From: Wallemia ichthyophaga EXF-994
Lineage: Eukaryota > Fungi > Basidiomycota
DNA length: 32,000 nucleotides
Assembly: GCF_000400465.1 (NCBI RefSeq)
Contig: NW_008806288.1
Location: forward strand, 150,001-182,000
Direction of reading: 5' to 3'
Position 1 is the stretch's first letter; each line of letters opens with the position of its first letter. A program made the position numbers and the translations under genes. A model generated the notes under the pieces. It was not told the DNA's origin. It ran no database searches and worked only from the letters and a program-made list of their open reading frames with translations. This document shows, one piece after another, positions 1-9,945 of this stretch.

Positions 1-161
1 CTACCCAGCTTCTCCCGCCATTCTATAATGTGTATACGCACGACGATGTCTGGATCACCCTTCACGCCGACTGTCTCAAACATATTCAATCACATCTTGT
101 CTAAGACTGGAATAATTGCTTTCTACATACGTACATGTAAAACTCCGAGGCTATACTATTA

Positions 162-2822
162 TTACTGTCCTACTTCCGATTGCGCCAGGTACTGTTGTGC
201 TACTCTCGCCAAAAGCATCCCTGAGTCCTCGCTTGCAGCTCTTGACTTGCGATGGCGGGGTGTGCGAGTATTGGTGTGGGTGTCCATAGAAGAGGAGCTT
301 GAGATGGATCCATTAGCTGTGTTTGGAGTGCTAGAGGTGTTTTCATCTTCTTTATCTTCTTCACTATGCTCACTATGTTCACCATGCTTAGCCTTCTCAG
401 CCTTGTCAAAAGTAGCAGTCTTCACACGATTCCCGTTTTTGTCATTTTCATCATTCCTATCGTTAACGCCACGCGGCAGCTTCTCATCGTACAACTGCAC
501 TCTTTTGCGCTGCACTTTACCCGACGACCTATTAACGGCATCCAGTTTCGCCCTGCTGCTAGTAGGTGGGGGTTGTGGGGTGAGGGTCCTATGAACAACC
601 ACCTCTTTCTGCGCAGGTTGTCCAGCTGTCGTCGCCCTACTCGATGGTCTCTCATGCACCACGTTAATGCTCGTCTGGCTCGCATTAGATGGTCGCAGAC
701 GCGTACCAAACTTGGCCGCTGCACGTCGTTGCTCTTGCTTCCGCTGTTGTTCTAATCTCTCCGCCTCATTTTGTCTCCGTTGTTCCTGCTGATCTTGTTG
801 TTTTTGGTGTTGCTGTTGCTTTTGTTGCTTCTGCTTTAGCTTCACCATCTGTTTCTGTTGCTCCTGGAAACCTCCGCCTTCCCGGTTGCCCTCTCCCTCC
901 CCCTTCTCCTCCTCCTCCTTGTTATCCTCCTGTTCACTCACACCCCCACCCACGCCACCACGCGCAGGTTTGGGACGCAGGCGGACGCGCGGGACCATTT
1001 CATCACCACGCTCATAGCTGAAGGAAACCTTAGTCTTGATGGAGGCGTGGCTCCTAGCGTCGTCGCTATACTGGCGTTGGAGGGTGGATGAGCGCGGCGA
1101 TGTCGACGGGAAGGGTGATGGTGATGGAAAGGGGAGTTGTTTCCTATGCAGTGGTGACGTACTGCTTGCATCCTCTGAGCCAGACCGATTGCGCATTATA
1201 GCATTCATAGATACTATCCCCTCCTCCGACTGGTCTGCTATGTTCCACTTGGAGATCTGATGAGCGGTCTAAGTTGGTGACTCAGATTGTAAACAGTAAT
1301 AGCGACACACCTTTATGAAACGGTAGAGGTTGCGTCCGGTCACTCCCACTCCCGCACTCGTGCTGTCGCTCCTGTTGGACGTCGACGTCGACGTCAGCGA
1401 GGACCGCTTCGCCGTTGGCTTCTCGCTGACACCTTTGCCCTGACTATTGCTGGCGATGGGCAAAGTCGTTCTGCCACTGCGCTGACAAAGCAGTGTCACA
1501 TCATTAAACTCCACCTGCCACAAATCCTTCTTGGTGTATTTGTTCCTGTCTTCCGCATTACTTCCTTGTGACAGCGGTGACTGTGAGTTTGAATTAGGCA
1601 GTAGATCCGAAAGACGTCTTAAACTTGATTTCTTTATCACTTGTGGTCGTTGTGGAGGAGGCATCGAACCATGTTTCACCTTGAAACTCGTTGGCGGATT
1701 TGTTGAGGGCGTTATACACACCTCTCTCACAAGCAGTCGACCTGGTTTGGGTGCCATCAGACTGCGCTCTTTCTCTATACCTTCAATCCGAGCCAATGCA
1801 TCGCGAGTTTTGTCGCGCTCTTCTATTTGGATTTTTTTATCTTCTATTGAACGAACAATGGATTCTACTTGCTCAACCATCTTCAACGTCGCTTCATACT
1901 CTATCATGGAGGGATCGCTGTTAAATAAGAGTCCGCGGAAGAGAAGGGGGTATTTCAGGAGTCTTTGGAAAGGGTGGAGGAGACAAATAGCCAGCGAAGC
2001 ACAACCGTTTGCTTGAGCTTCATCCTCTAATGCTATTAATCTCGTTCCGAGCTTCCAACGGTCATACTTTTCGCTGCGCTTGTTGACAACACCCTTGCTA
2101 GCCAAATTGATTGCGTCATCCACTACAGACAGTGTGTATTCGAGGTGAAGGACATACGTTGAGTAATACTGTAAATTATGGCTGTGTATGAGAAAGATAT
2201 CCGCCAATGATCTAATAAGAGGGTATTGAGCGTCGTGTCTCGCTTTCAAATCCTTCGATAGTGAGACATGGTTTGGTAATATATTGATAGCGAGGCTATT
2301 CATCAAGTTTTTCATCTTTTCAGGCAAATTAGCGTCCATTTTACTTATATAACGCTCATAGAGGCTTGTTAAATCATCAACAAATCTCATCTCGGATGCG
2401 ACTATTTCCCATAGAACTTCCTGCCTCGTTCTCTCTCTCTGGCTGAGATTCTCGACAAGATCAAACTGGACCATACCGGACCAGGTACCAGAAGCTGATG
2501 ACGACGTCGATGGAGACATTGGTAGACGAGAAGCCGAAGCGGAAGCGACGAGAGATGGAGGGTTGGGCGAGGCAGCTCTGTTCACATCAGAGGCGCTATC
2601 CACGATGGAAGTGTGTTTAAATTGAACGTGCTTTTCGTCTCTGGCTTCATTGGTCGACGACGTCGGTGTGGCTGTTGTCGTTGTTGTTGCTGTTGTCGCT
2701 GTTGTCTCTGCCGTGGCTAATGTGTTTGTAGAGGCATTCTCACGGCTGCTCTTCTCCTTGTCTTTATCTCTATCCTTGCCATAATGGAAGCTGGAGGTCA
2801 GAGCTTTCCTTATCGCTCTCAT
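162..2822 (-). CDS. Rho guanine-nucleotide exchange factor (DH domain plus PH-like region, long low-complexity/polyQ C-terminus); 2 exons, about 872 aa
   Basis: ORF 1269..2822 has DH-type motifs (RQEVLWEIVASEMRFVDDL; CLLHPFQRLLKYPLLFRGLL). A 42-nt GT..AG intron at 1310-1269 joins it in frame (RNLYRFIK|TAHQISKW) to ORF 162..1208. Confidence 0.85.
780..845 (-). repeat. Imperfect CAG/CAA repeat encoding polyQ/K in the RhoGEF C-terminus
   Basis: Encodes KQKQQKQQQHQKQQDQQEQ in frame. Confidence 0.6.
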
Positions 2823-3289
2823 CTGATCGCCGTGGGTATCTTGATGGCGGTGTGAGTTAAAGAGAGGATATTAATTTTGGTAGAAATAGTTCTGGATTGT
2901 GGGTGCTGTGAGTGGGCTGGTTCTAAGAACGGGAGTATGAGTATGGATGTGTCTCGCTCAGAGCCCGAGTGTGGATGTGCACACGTCGGCGAATACGAGT
3001 GGATCGAGGATATGGTGACTGTGTGAGGCTAATCAGGCAGCTGCAATTACACCAGTGTTGCCCATCTTTCAATACACAGTAAACCGAGCGAGATGGATAG
3101 ATTACCGCACAAATTGGTTTAGAGGCAGGTATTTATATGAATATACAATAACAATATCTTAGAAGCCATATATACCAAAATAAATTAAAATAAATTAAAT
3201 TGAATTTGCACTTGACTGTAATTTTTGATGATGAGCCTCAGCCGCTGGGCAGCGTTCTTCGTCTTCGTCTTGAGCACTCAGATTTAAAT

Positions 3290-3645
3290 ATGGTAAAATA
3301 GACGAAACAAAACCAATTAAATCTGACACTGTGTTCAGGACGCACCAGCCGCCAACAAGCAGCCAGTCAAGCTCGCAAAGGTAACCAAGGTGGGTGGATT
3401 GTTAGGCTTGTAGGCGCTGCTGATCCAAGCTATAAAGGTCCTTGGTAGAACTGGATCCCGTGGTGGTATCACTCAAGTCCGCGTTGAATTCTTGGACGAC
3501 ACCTCCCGTTCAATCATCCGTAACGTCAAGGGTCCTGTCCGTGAATCTGACATCCTTGCATTGCTCGAATCTGAGAGAGAAGCACGGTGAGTGTGTGTGT
3601 GTGTATCATAATCCAAACTAACTCCCTCCCAGTCGTCTCCGTTAA
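3290..3645 (+). CDS. RPS28: 40S ribosomal protein S28 (eS28); 4 exons, first exon is ATG only
   Basis: Introns 3293-3338, 3390-3437 and 3587-3632 give [71 protein letters not shown], a classic eS28 sequence. Absent from the ORF track. Confidence 0.97.
3591..3604 (+). repeat. (GT)n microsatellite in RPS28 intron 3
   Basis: gtgtgtgtgtgtgt directly after the GTGA donor bases. Confidence 0.7.
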
Positions 3646-3697
3646 AAATTTTATCCAAGATGTAAATTGGAAACGATGTATATTCTTTGAGCTCGGC

Positions 3698-3886
3698 ATG
3701 ATATTCGCTGCTTTATCTTTGTTTGTGATTGGTGTGGCTGGATTAGCAACAGGCTTAGTCCTAGTCTTCACGGCGAAATCAAATTTATACCTAGAAACTG
3801 TTGTATACTCTGTTGGTCTTGTACCGCTGCTGACGATCTGGGTCATTGCACACTACGTCGCCTGGGAGCTATTCAAGCATAACTAG
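3698..3886 (+). CDS. 62-aa two-TM microprotein, probable PIG-Y/Eri1 subunit of GPI-GlcNAc transferase
   Basis: MIFAALSLFVIGVAGLATGLVLVF...YSVGLVPLLTIWVIAHYVAWELFKHN*: two hydrophobic segments and a C-terminal (W)xLFxHN ending like human PIG-Y (WMGIKLFRHN). Recognised from memory of the family. Confidence 0.65.
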   Translation: MIFAALSLFVIGVAGLATGLVLVFTAKSNLYLETVVYSVGLVPLLTIWVIAHYVAWELFKHN

Positions 3887-3903
3887 TTGTCTCATTCACT
3901 AAT

Positions 3904-5054
3904 ATGGATACGTGTCCGTCGTTTCTCGGCGCTACTCCCACACCCACTCACCCCGCCCAGCCAGAGAATACATCGCCATCGGTTTAGAAGGCTCAGCTAA
4001 TAAATTAGGCGCAGGGATAGTCAGGCACAACAAAGATGGCTCTGTCGACGTTCTCTCCAATCCCCGCCACACATACATCACTCCCCCAGGCTCTGGCTTC
4101 CTCCCTGCAGACACTGCTCGACATCACAAAGCGTGGCTCGTGAAGATTATCCAGAAATCCCTCTTCGACGCTGAGCTCTCACTTGAAGACGTCGACTGCA
4201 TTTGTTTCACTAAAGGTCCGGGTATGGGTGCTCCCCTCACTGCCGTCGCTATGGTAGCCAGGACGCTCAGTCTGCTCTACAGCAAACCACTCGTCGGCGT
4301 GAACCACTGCGTTGGTCATATAGAGATGGGCAGACTCATCACAGGTGCGCAGAACCCTATTGTGCTCTATGTGTCTGGCGGCAATACTCAAGTCATCGCC
4401 TACTCCCAACAGCGTTACAGAATATTCGGTGAAACACTCGATATCGCAGTCGGTAACTGCCTCGATAGATTTGCGAGGGTTATCGGGTTGCCTAACGATC
4501 CTAGCCCCGGTTTCAACATCGAGCAAGCTGCTAAAAAAGGTAATAAACTGCTTAAACTCCCTTACACCACTAAAGGTATGGATATATCCCTATCTGGCCT
4601 CCTCACTGCCACATCCACCTACACCACCAAACCGCAATTCAAATCAGCTGCAGAGACTCAAGATGACTTTACAAAAGAAGATCTCTGCTTCACTCTTCAA
4701 GAAGTGGCATTCGCTATGTTGGTTGAGACTACAGAGAGAGCTATGGCACATGTAGGGTCGAAGGAAGTGCTTATTGTTGGTGGTGTCGGCTGCAATAAGC
4801 GTTTACAAGAGATGATGGCAATAATGGCTGAGGAAAGAGGTGGGAAAGTGTTTGCGACGGATATGAGGTGAGTTGTGGAGATTTTGGTATTTTATCACTC
4901 ACAAATATTCAGATTCTGCATCGACAATGGTCTTATGATAGCCCAAGCTGGTCTTTTACAGCATAGAATGGGTCAGGTGACACCACTTGAGCAATCCAAC
5001 TGCAAGCAGCGGTTCAGGACAGACGAGGTATTGGTGTCGTGGAGGAGTGACTGA
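3904..5054 (+). CDS. KAE1: tRNA N6-threonylcarbamoyltransferase Kae1/OSGEP (KEOPS); 3 exons
   Basis: Motifs [55 protein letters not shown] 3904 is brought into frame by intron 3914-3960 (MDTSREYIAIG); second intron 4868-4912; TGA at 5052-5054. Confidence 0.95.
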
Positions 5055-5155
5055 GTGAATAACTGAACAACTGAATAACGAATTGTACATATGCATTAAT
5101 AATATCCAAGCATTCTTGGTTTATTTACATCTTATCGTTTCTAACATCATCACGC

Positions 5156-5688
5156 ATGTCTTCCGGCTTTGTCAGTTCTGGCAGCGTAAACAGCAAAGAT
5201 GGCGACAAAGAGTGGAAAGAAGCGTACGAGAGGCTACAGAAGGAGCCAGAGGAGAACAAGGCCAAGGAAGAGGAGGATAAGCGACCACTAGCAGAGCAAC
5301 TATACGAACGCAAGGCAGAAAAAGACGCTGAATTTGAGCAGAAGACAAAGTTTTCGAGTGAGTAACGCATGCGAGTAACGCTCAGCTGTATCAACACGCT
5401 CACAACTCACCTCACACACCAGACCAGTTCCGCGGTCTTGAACCAGACGAAGCAGGATACCTCAATGATCTCAACGCAGGCAAGAACACCGAGACGAAGA
5501 GACGGCGAGAGGAGGAGGAGGAAGAAATAGCGCAGTTCAAGCAGGCGAGGACGAGTTCACAGCCCACGCATCCACCACGCTCACGCTCAACCAAACCACC
5601 ACCACCAGCCAACACACCCCGCACACCCAAACCACCCAAGACAAACAAGGTGAAAGGCAGTTTGAAAGGTGTAGTAAAGAAATTGTAA
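5156..5688 (+). CDS. FYV6: FAM192A/Fyv6 (NIP30)-family protein; 2 exons
   Basis: RPLAEQLYERKAEKDAEFEQKTKFS|NQFRGLEPDEAGYL resembles the FAM192A/Fyv6 N-terminal domain. Intron 5358-5422; frame stays open to ...LKGVVKKL TAA (5686-5688). Confidence 0.75.
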
Positions 5689-5689
5689 A

Positions 5690-7728
5690 ATGGCGATAAA
5701 TATCGACGACGAACATACACCGCGAGGACCGATTGCAATCAGCGACGATAGCTCAGATGATGATCAAGGTGATGTTGTAGTGGCGACGTACAAAGCAGCA
5801 GCCAGCAAGCGAGACGATGAGCGCAAACGAGAAGACAGACGCATGGGGTGTGAGGCGCGTGAGGCGCCTGGCGTTAAAGGGGAGACGGTCGATGATCGCT
5901 TGGAGAACAGCACACACACACGCACGCGGAAATCATCGAAACCTCCGCCATCGCCATCGCCGTCTCTCCCCAAGATGAAGATGAAGAAAATGGATACATC
6001 TAAGATACTGGGACAGCTCCTCAAAGAGAAGACAACAAATGATGAGCTCAGAGCGGGTGCTGCGGGCCAGGAGGATGCTTACAGGAGATTTCTGGAGAAA
6101 GAGCGGCAGCTTAATGAGGAAAAGAAACCTGAGGTTGAGGCGCTACAGGGTGAAGAAGACGCGGTTAGTTCAGACGACGATGAATTTCTCATCCACACAC
6201 CTCGATTGGAAGTGGATGGGAATGAAAATGAAAACGATGAAAATGAGCACATCAACACACACACATACAAAAATGTCGTAGCTAATGTGCTCACTACCGA
6301 CAAAGCTACGATGAAAAAGGACAAACAATACAAAAAGCACAAACCCAACTACAGCTTCTTCGATATTGCCCAATACCGCGATCCCAATACAGACACGATA
6401 ATCGACGCGTTGCTCGAGACGGTGCTAACTACAAGCGACCTTTCTCCCCTCCAAAAAGACTGCTTGGTGGAGTACAAGCGGGTGCGTTCAGAGGGTGACA
6501 TGGACAAAGAGCGTGTGTACATGTCAGTGATAGTGCGCACTGTCATTGCACACACTCGACCTCCAGTAAGTATAATGCACTTGATATTCCATTTGAGTGA
6601 GTTGCATTCTTTATGTAGTGAGTATGCTCAGCTGACGACCTACCCCTGTCAGTGATTATGCATGAACATATACCCTTCAAAGACACTGCTCTGCGCATCC
6701 TCCAAGATACCCTGCCTCAATATGACCGTGAAAGCGCTCCATTTGGATTAGCTGATCTGCTAGCACCCCTCACCTACCTCGGCATGTCGATTGCGACCGA
6801 GAGCCTTATCTACGGGGAGAGCAGGGAGAGTGGGAGGAGTGAGGAGATGGGAATGGACACACCAAATCTCACGAAAAAGGATAAAGCGGAGCTGATAGGA
6901 CAGAGTGCGCAGCGTATAAAGATACTCTCGCGACTGATCCCGCTAATGCATTCCATGACATCACTTTCGCTACTCGGTACCGGCGACACTAGCGGGCTCT
7001 TCACGACGATGGTGCTACTCTTGATGGACAGATCACTGAGCAGCATCTACCCCCAGATAGCGGCGTGTGCGAGCAATGCACTCGACTCCATCGGAAGCGG
7101 AAGGAGTGAGATTGTCACCCACAACACCCACGACGCCCTCAAAATTGATCTTCATGTCCTCGCAAATATCCTCAACGCGGCTTCGGGACATGCTCCCGCT
7201 TTCCAGCTCAGCATGTTGGAGATATTCCCGTCAGGTACACTACGCGCAATGCGCATGCGCAGATGGCTGGCATGGGCTATATTGCTCGATGGGAAACATG
7301 AGCCTATCGATACGCAGAAATATGAAAAATCACCAAACATCCAGCCCATAATAAAACAATTGAAGGATGTGGATGGTAAATTTACCGTCAATCAGCATAC
7401 AGACTATGACAATCTCACCGATTGCGTTGAAATACTTTCAATAGTGCTGACAGATTTGGAAACTTACCTCATCGAAGAGAGACATATGATAAAGTTCAAA
7501 CCGAGTATGAGTTTTGTAGATGGGGATGGTGATAATGATAGTGATAAAGATAGCATAGCCCTTCTCATCACTCTTCTCCGCTCACTCAGTGGGATGATCG
7601 TAGATACACGTAACGCTGATCTCGAAAAGAGCAGATGCAAGGATGTTTTACAAAGGCTGGAAATGAGGCTGTATTGGCAGCGCAAGACATTTGTGCAGAA
7701 TATGCAGATAGATTTGCAGAACAGGTAA
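5690..7728 (+). CDS. Uncharacterised protein of about 660 aa: acidic/disordered N-terminus, alpha-helical C-terminal half; 2 exons
   Basis: ORFs 5690..6655 and 6652..7728 are joined in frame by a 56-nt intron 6597-6652 (GTGAGT..CTGAC..CAG; HLIFHL|MIMHEH). Confidence 0.75.
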
Positions 7729-7818
7729 CTTGTCCAGTGTGTAATTTGTTTAGTTTGCATAAAGTATTTATTAGTCTTTCATACCACTAAAACTTGCAAA
7801 CCATTGGGAAAAAGCATG

Positions 7819-9179
7819 CTAAGAAGATTCGTTATACAACACTTGGTGTAATCGCACACGCTCGTAAATCCTATAAAGACTGACAATAAGGTTGACGAGG
7901 TCTGAGGGTGTGTGTTAGTAGTGAAAAAGATACTAGACTGCAATTGCAATTGCGTTTACGTTTGCAAACTTACACAAAACCATCCCAACAAACACCAGTC
8001 CTATGAGAGCACCGAGATAGTTGCACATGGTACCCTGCTCAATTTCATTGATGAGAGAGTCGGTAGTACGTTCGTTAGCCTGTGTGACATTAGACCACCA
8101 GCTTTGTAAAGACATGAGCTTATCATAACACCGCTAAAAATACCACAACTCACGCTGACTTGGTGCTGCAACTGAGGAGGGAAGTGAAGTAATTATCAAA
8201 CACAAGCGACAGCTCAGCGGACCAGAAGCAAATAAATACCAAATCGAGAAGAGTGTGAGCCATTTTAGAGCGAATGCCCCAAATACCGATAGGACGACCG
8301 TAGAAATACTCCAGATATATAGACACCATAACGTGTGTGAGAGTCATAGGTGCGAAAATGATGCCGATGATAGCGCCCGCGCCAGAAATACCGACTACAC
8401 CATGTCTGCCCTCGAGCAAGCGAAGACGAATGCACACAGCGAGTGTAGCAGTAGTGAAACCGAGATTCAAGCTTCTGAACAAAAGAGGTACGTATGCGGA
8501 ATGAAGAAGAAATTTACGCAGCTTATCTTTTTTAGTACGTCTTCCCAATTTGCGTCGTCGATAGAGAGCTGCATTGTCGAGTTCCTTTTTCGCTAGTCTG
8601 TTGTGTGATCTCAGCGTGGGGTGTTGCTGGGAAGACGTGCTAGGACGTTCAATGAAGCTATCGTCGAAAGAGGACAGCTGGGAGCGGGGAGGATGCATCT
8701 GGTGCGTCTGGTCGTGCAATTGGGCCAGATTTGAAGGCCCTATTCTAGCACTAGGACTTGCGCTGCCATCGTGATCGCTATCGGAAGACGCTCGCATCGG
8801 GTTTATCGGGCTCGACGTAGGCTTCTCTCTTTCCCTGTCTCTGTCTCTTTCTCTGTCTCTCTCCTTCTCTTTTAGCTTCGCAGGTAGCGTCAGCTTCCAC
8901 CACTTGAGATCGGCACTGGTCGCTTGCGAATGCGTTGGGTATAGCTGGTGGGTGAGGTCTGTGGTGGAGGCGTGGAAGAGCTCAACAGGGCCAGTGCGCC
9001 CATGCTCTTCATACTCGTCGTGCGGCTGGCTCGTTGACGGTTCATCACCAGCCCATGCTTGAAGACTATGTCAGCCGTGTGTTCGTGCTGGCGTACACCA
9101 CAATTAACGCAGACTTACGCGGGACGAGTATTATTTTGTCATTTGTCGATTTATTCCCGCGCTGGCGCGTGGAAGACAT
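7819..9179 (-). CDS. SRF1: Regulator of phospholipase D, Srf1-like multi-TM protein; 4 exons
   Basis: Reconstructed with introns 9118-9058, 8153-8102 and 7973-7902. Contains VPPWA, KFLLHSAYVPLLFRSLN, YLEYFYGRPIGIW, LLDLVFICFWSAELSLVFDNY and a terminal IVSLYRIYERV, typical of fungal Srf1-like proteins. Confidence 0.75.
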
Positions 9180-9225
9180 AGTGGTAGTCGTAATCAACGA
9201 TGGATTTGGTGGGATATACAAATAA

Positions 9226-9921
9226 TCACAAATAGCCAAATAGCCACGAAGACGCGTCTTTTGATGTGTCCTGTGGCTGCTGCTTGTTTTTGTTGGTTTT
9301 TGGTTTGGGCTGCGTTTGCGCTGTTGGCTGTGTTTGCTGCGTCGGCTGCTTTTGCTGATCGTCAGTCTTCGCGCCTCTCCTTGTGAGCTGATTGGAGAGC
9401 TGGTTGGTTATGACTGTGGGTGTGTATGAGCTGATGAGCTGCGCGATATTTGAACTTTGTTCCTGATTCTGCTCCCGCTCTTGCTCGTCATCGAGTGGAA
9501 TGTACTCCTGCTGCTGCTGGGATATTGCGCTGTAAATTCGCTTAACGTAATTGACACCCAAATCATAGACGCCTCTCTTGAGCCCCCTAAGACCGTCTTC
9601 AATCTCCGTCTCGTGCCTCTGGAGCACCTCCTTCACTAAACTATCATAAACAACCTCCGAGCCTTGTAATTCGAGGTAAATAACAAAAGCTATCTTGATA
9701 TATCTGTATAATGGTATCCTGGGTTGATTGAGCTTTTATCATGTGTACACTCACAACACTCACCACCTCAACAATCCCTCTACGCAGCTCACACAGCCAA
9801 TAATCACCCAATACATCAACCAGTACGCCTGCCGCTCGGCATTCCCAACGTTGAGGCACTTGTACGACTTATAAATTGGTATCAAGAATGTGACGAGCAC
9901 GTTCAACAACGTCAAGATCAT
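9226..9921 (-). CDS. TB2/DP1/HVA22 (REEP/Yop1-family) ER-shaping protein; 2 exons
   Basis: MILTLLNVLVTFLIPIYKSYKCL...YWLMYWVIIG...|WIPLYRYIKIAFVIYL...GSEVVYDSLVKEVLQRHETEIE; 45-nt intron 9763-9719; exon 2 is in frame with track ORF 9226..9636. Confidence 0.85.
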
Positions 9922-9945
9922 CGTTATATATCAAAAAGTGTCTTT

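Noticed and set aside
28-1260. Plus-strand ORFs (188, 129, 110 aa etc.) opposite the RhoGEF
   Set aside because: Shadow ORFs of low-complexity, stop-poor coding sequence on the minus strand; no family motifs.
1378-1395. Perfect 18-nt palindrome GACGTCGACGTCGACGTC
   Set aside because: A hexamer repeat inside the RhoGEF CDS encoding Thr/Ser low complexity; self-complementary by construction.
3177-3205. AAAATAAATT tandem, plus CAG/CTG runs at about 23280-23320 and 29370-29395
   Set aside because: Ordinary AT-rich promoter DNA and polyQ or UTR microsatellites; no spacer structure, so not CRISPR-like, and no transposon ends or transposase seen.
3526-3846. 106-aa minus-strand ORF
   Set aside because: Antisense to RPS28 and the PIG-Y-like ORF, which have recognisable sequences; no ATG context or motif support.
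3863-3867. TGGGA (calicivirus TURBS-like motif) 37 nt before the KAE1 ATG
   Set aside because: Explained by the Trp-Glu codons of the PIG-Y-like ORF, and absent before the 5688/5690 junction.
3912-3914. Non-AUG (GTG) start for KAE1 as given in the ORF track
   Set aside because: ATG 3904 plus a standard 47-nt intron (3914-3960) gives an in-frame canonical start.
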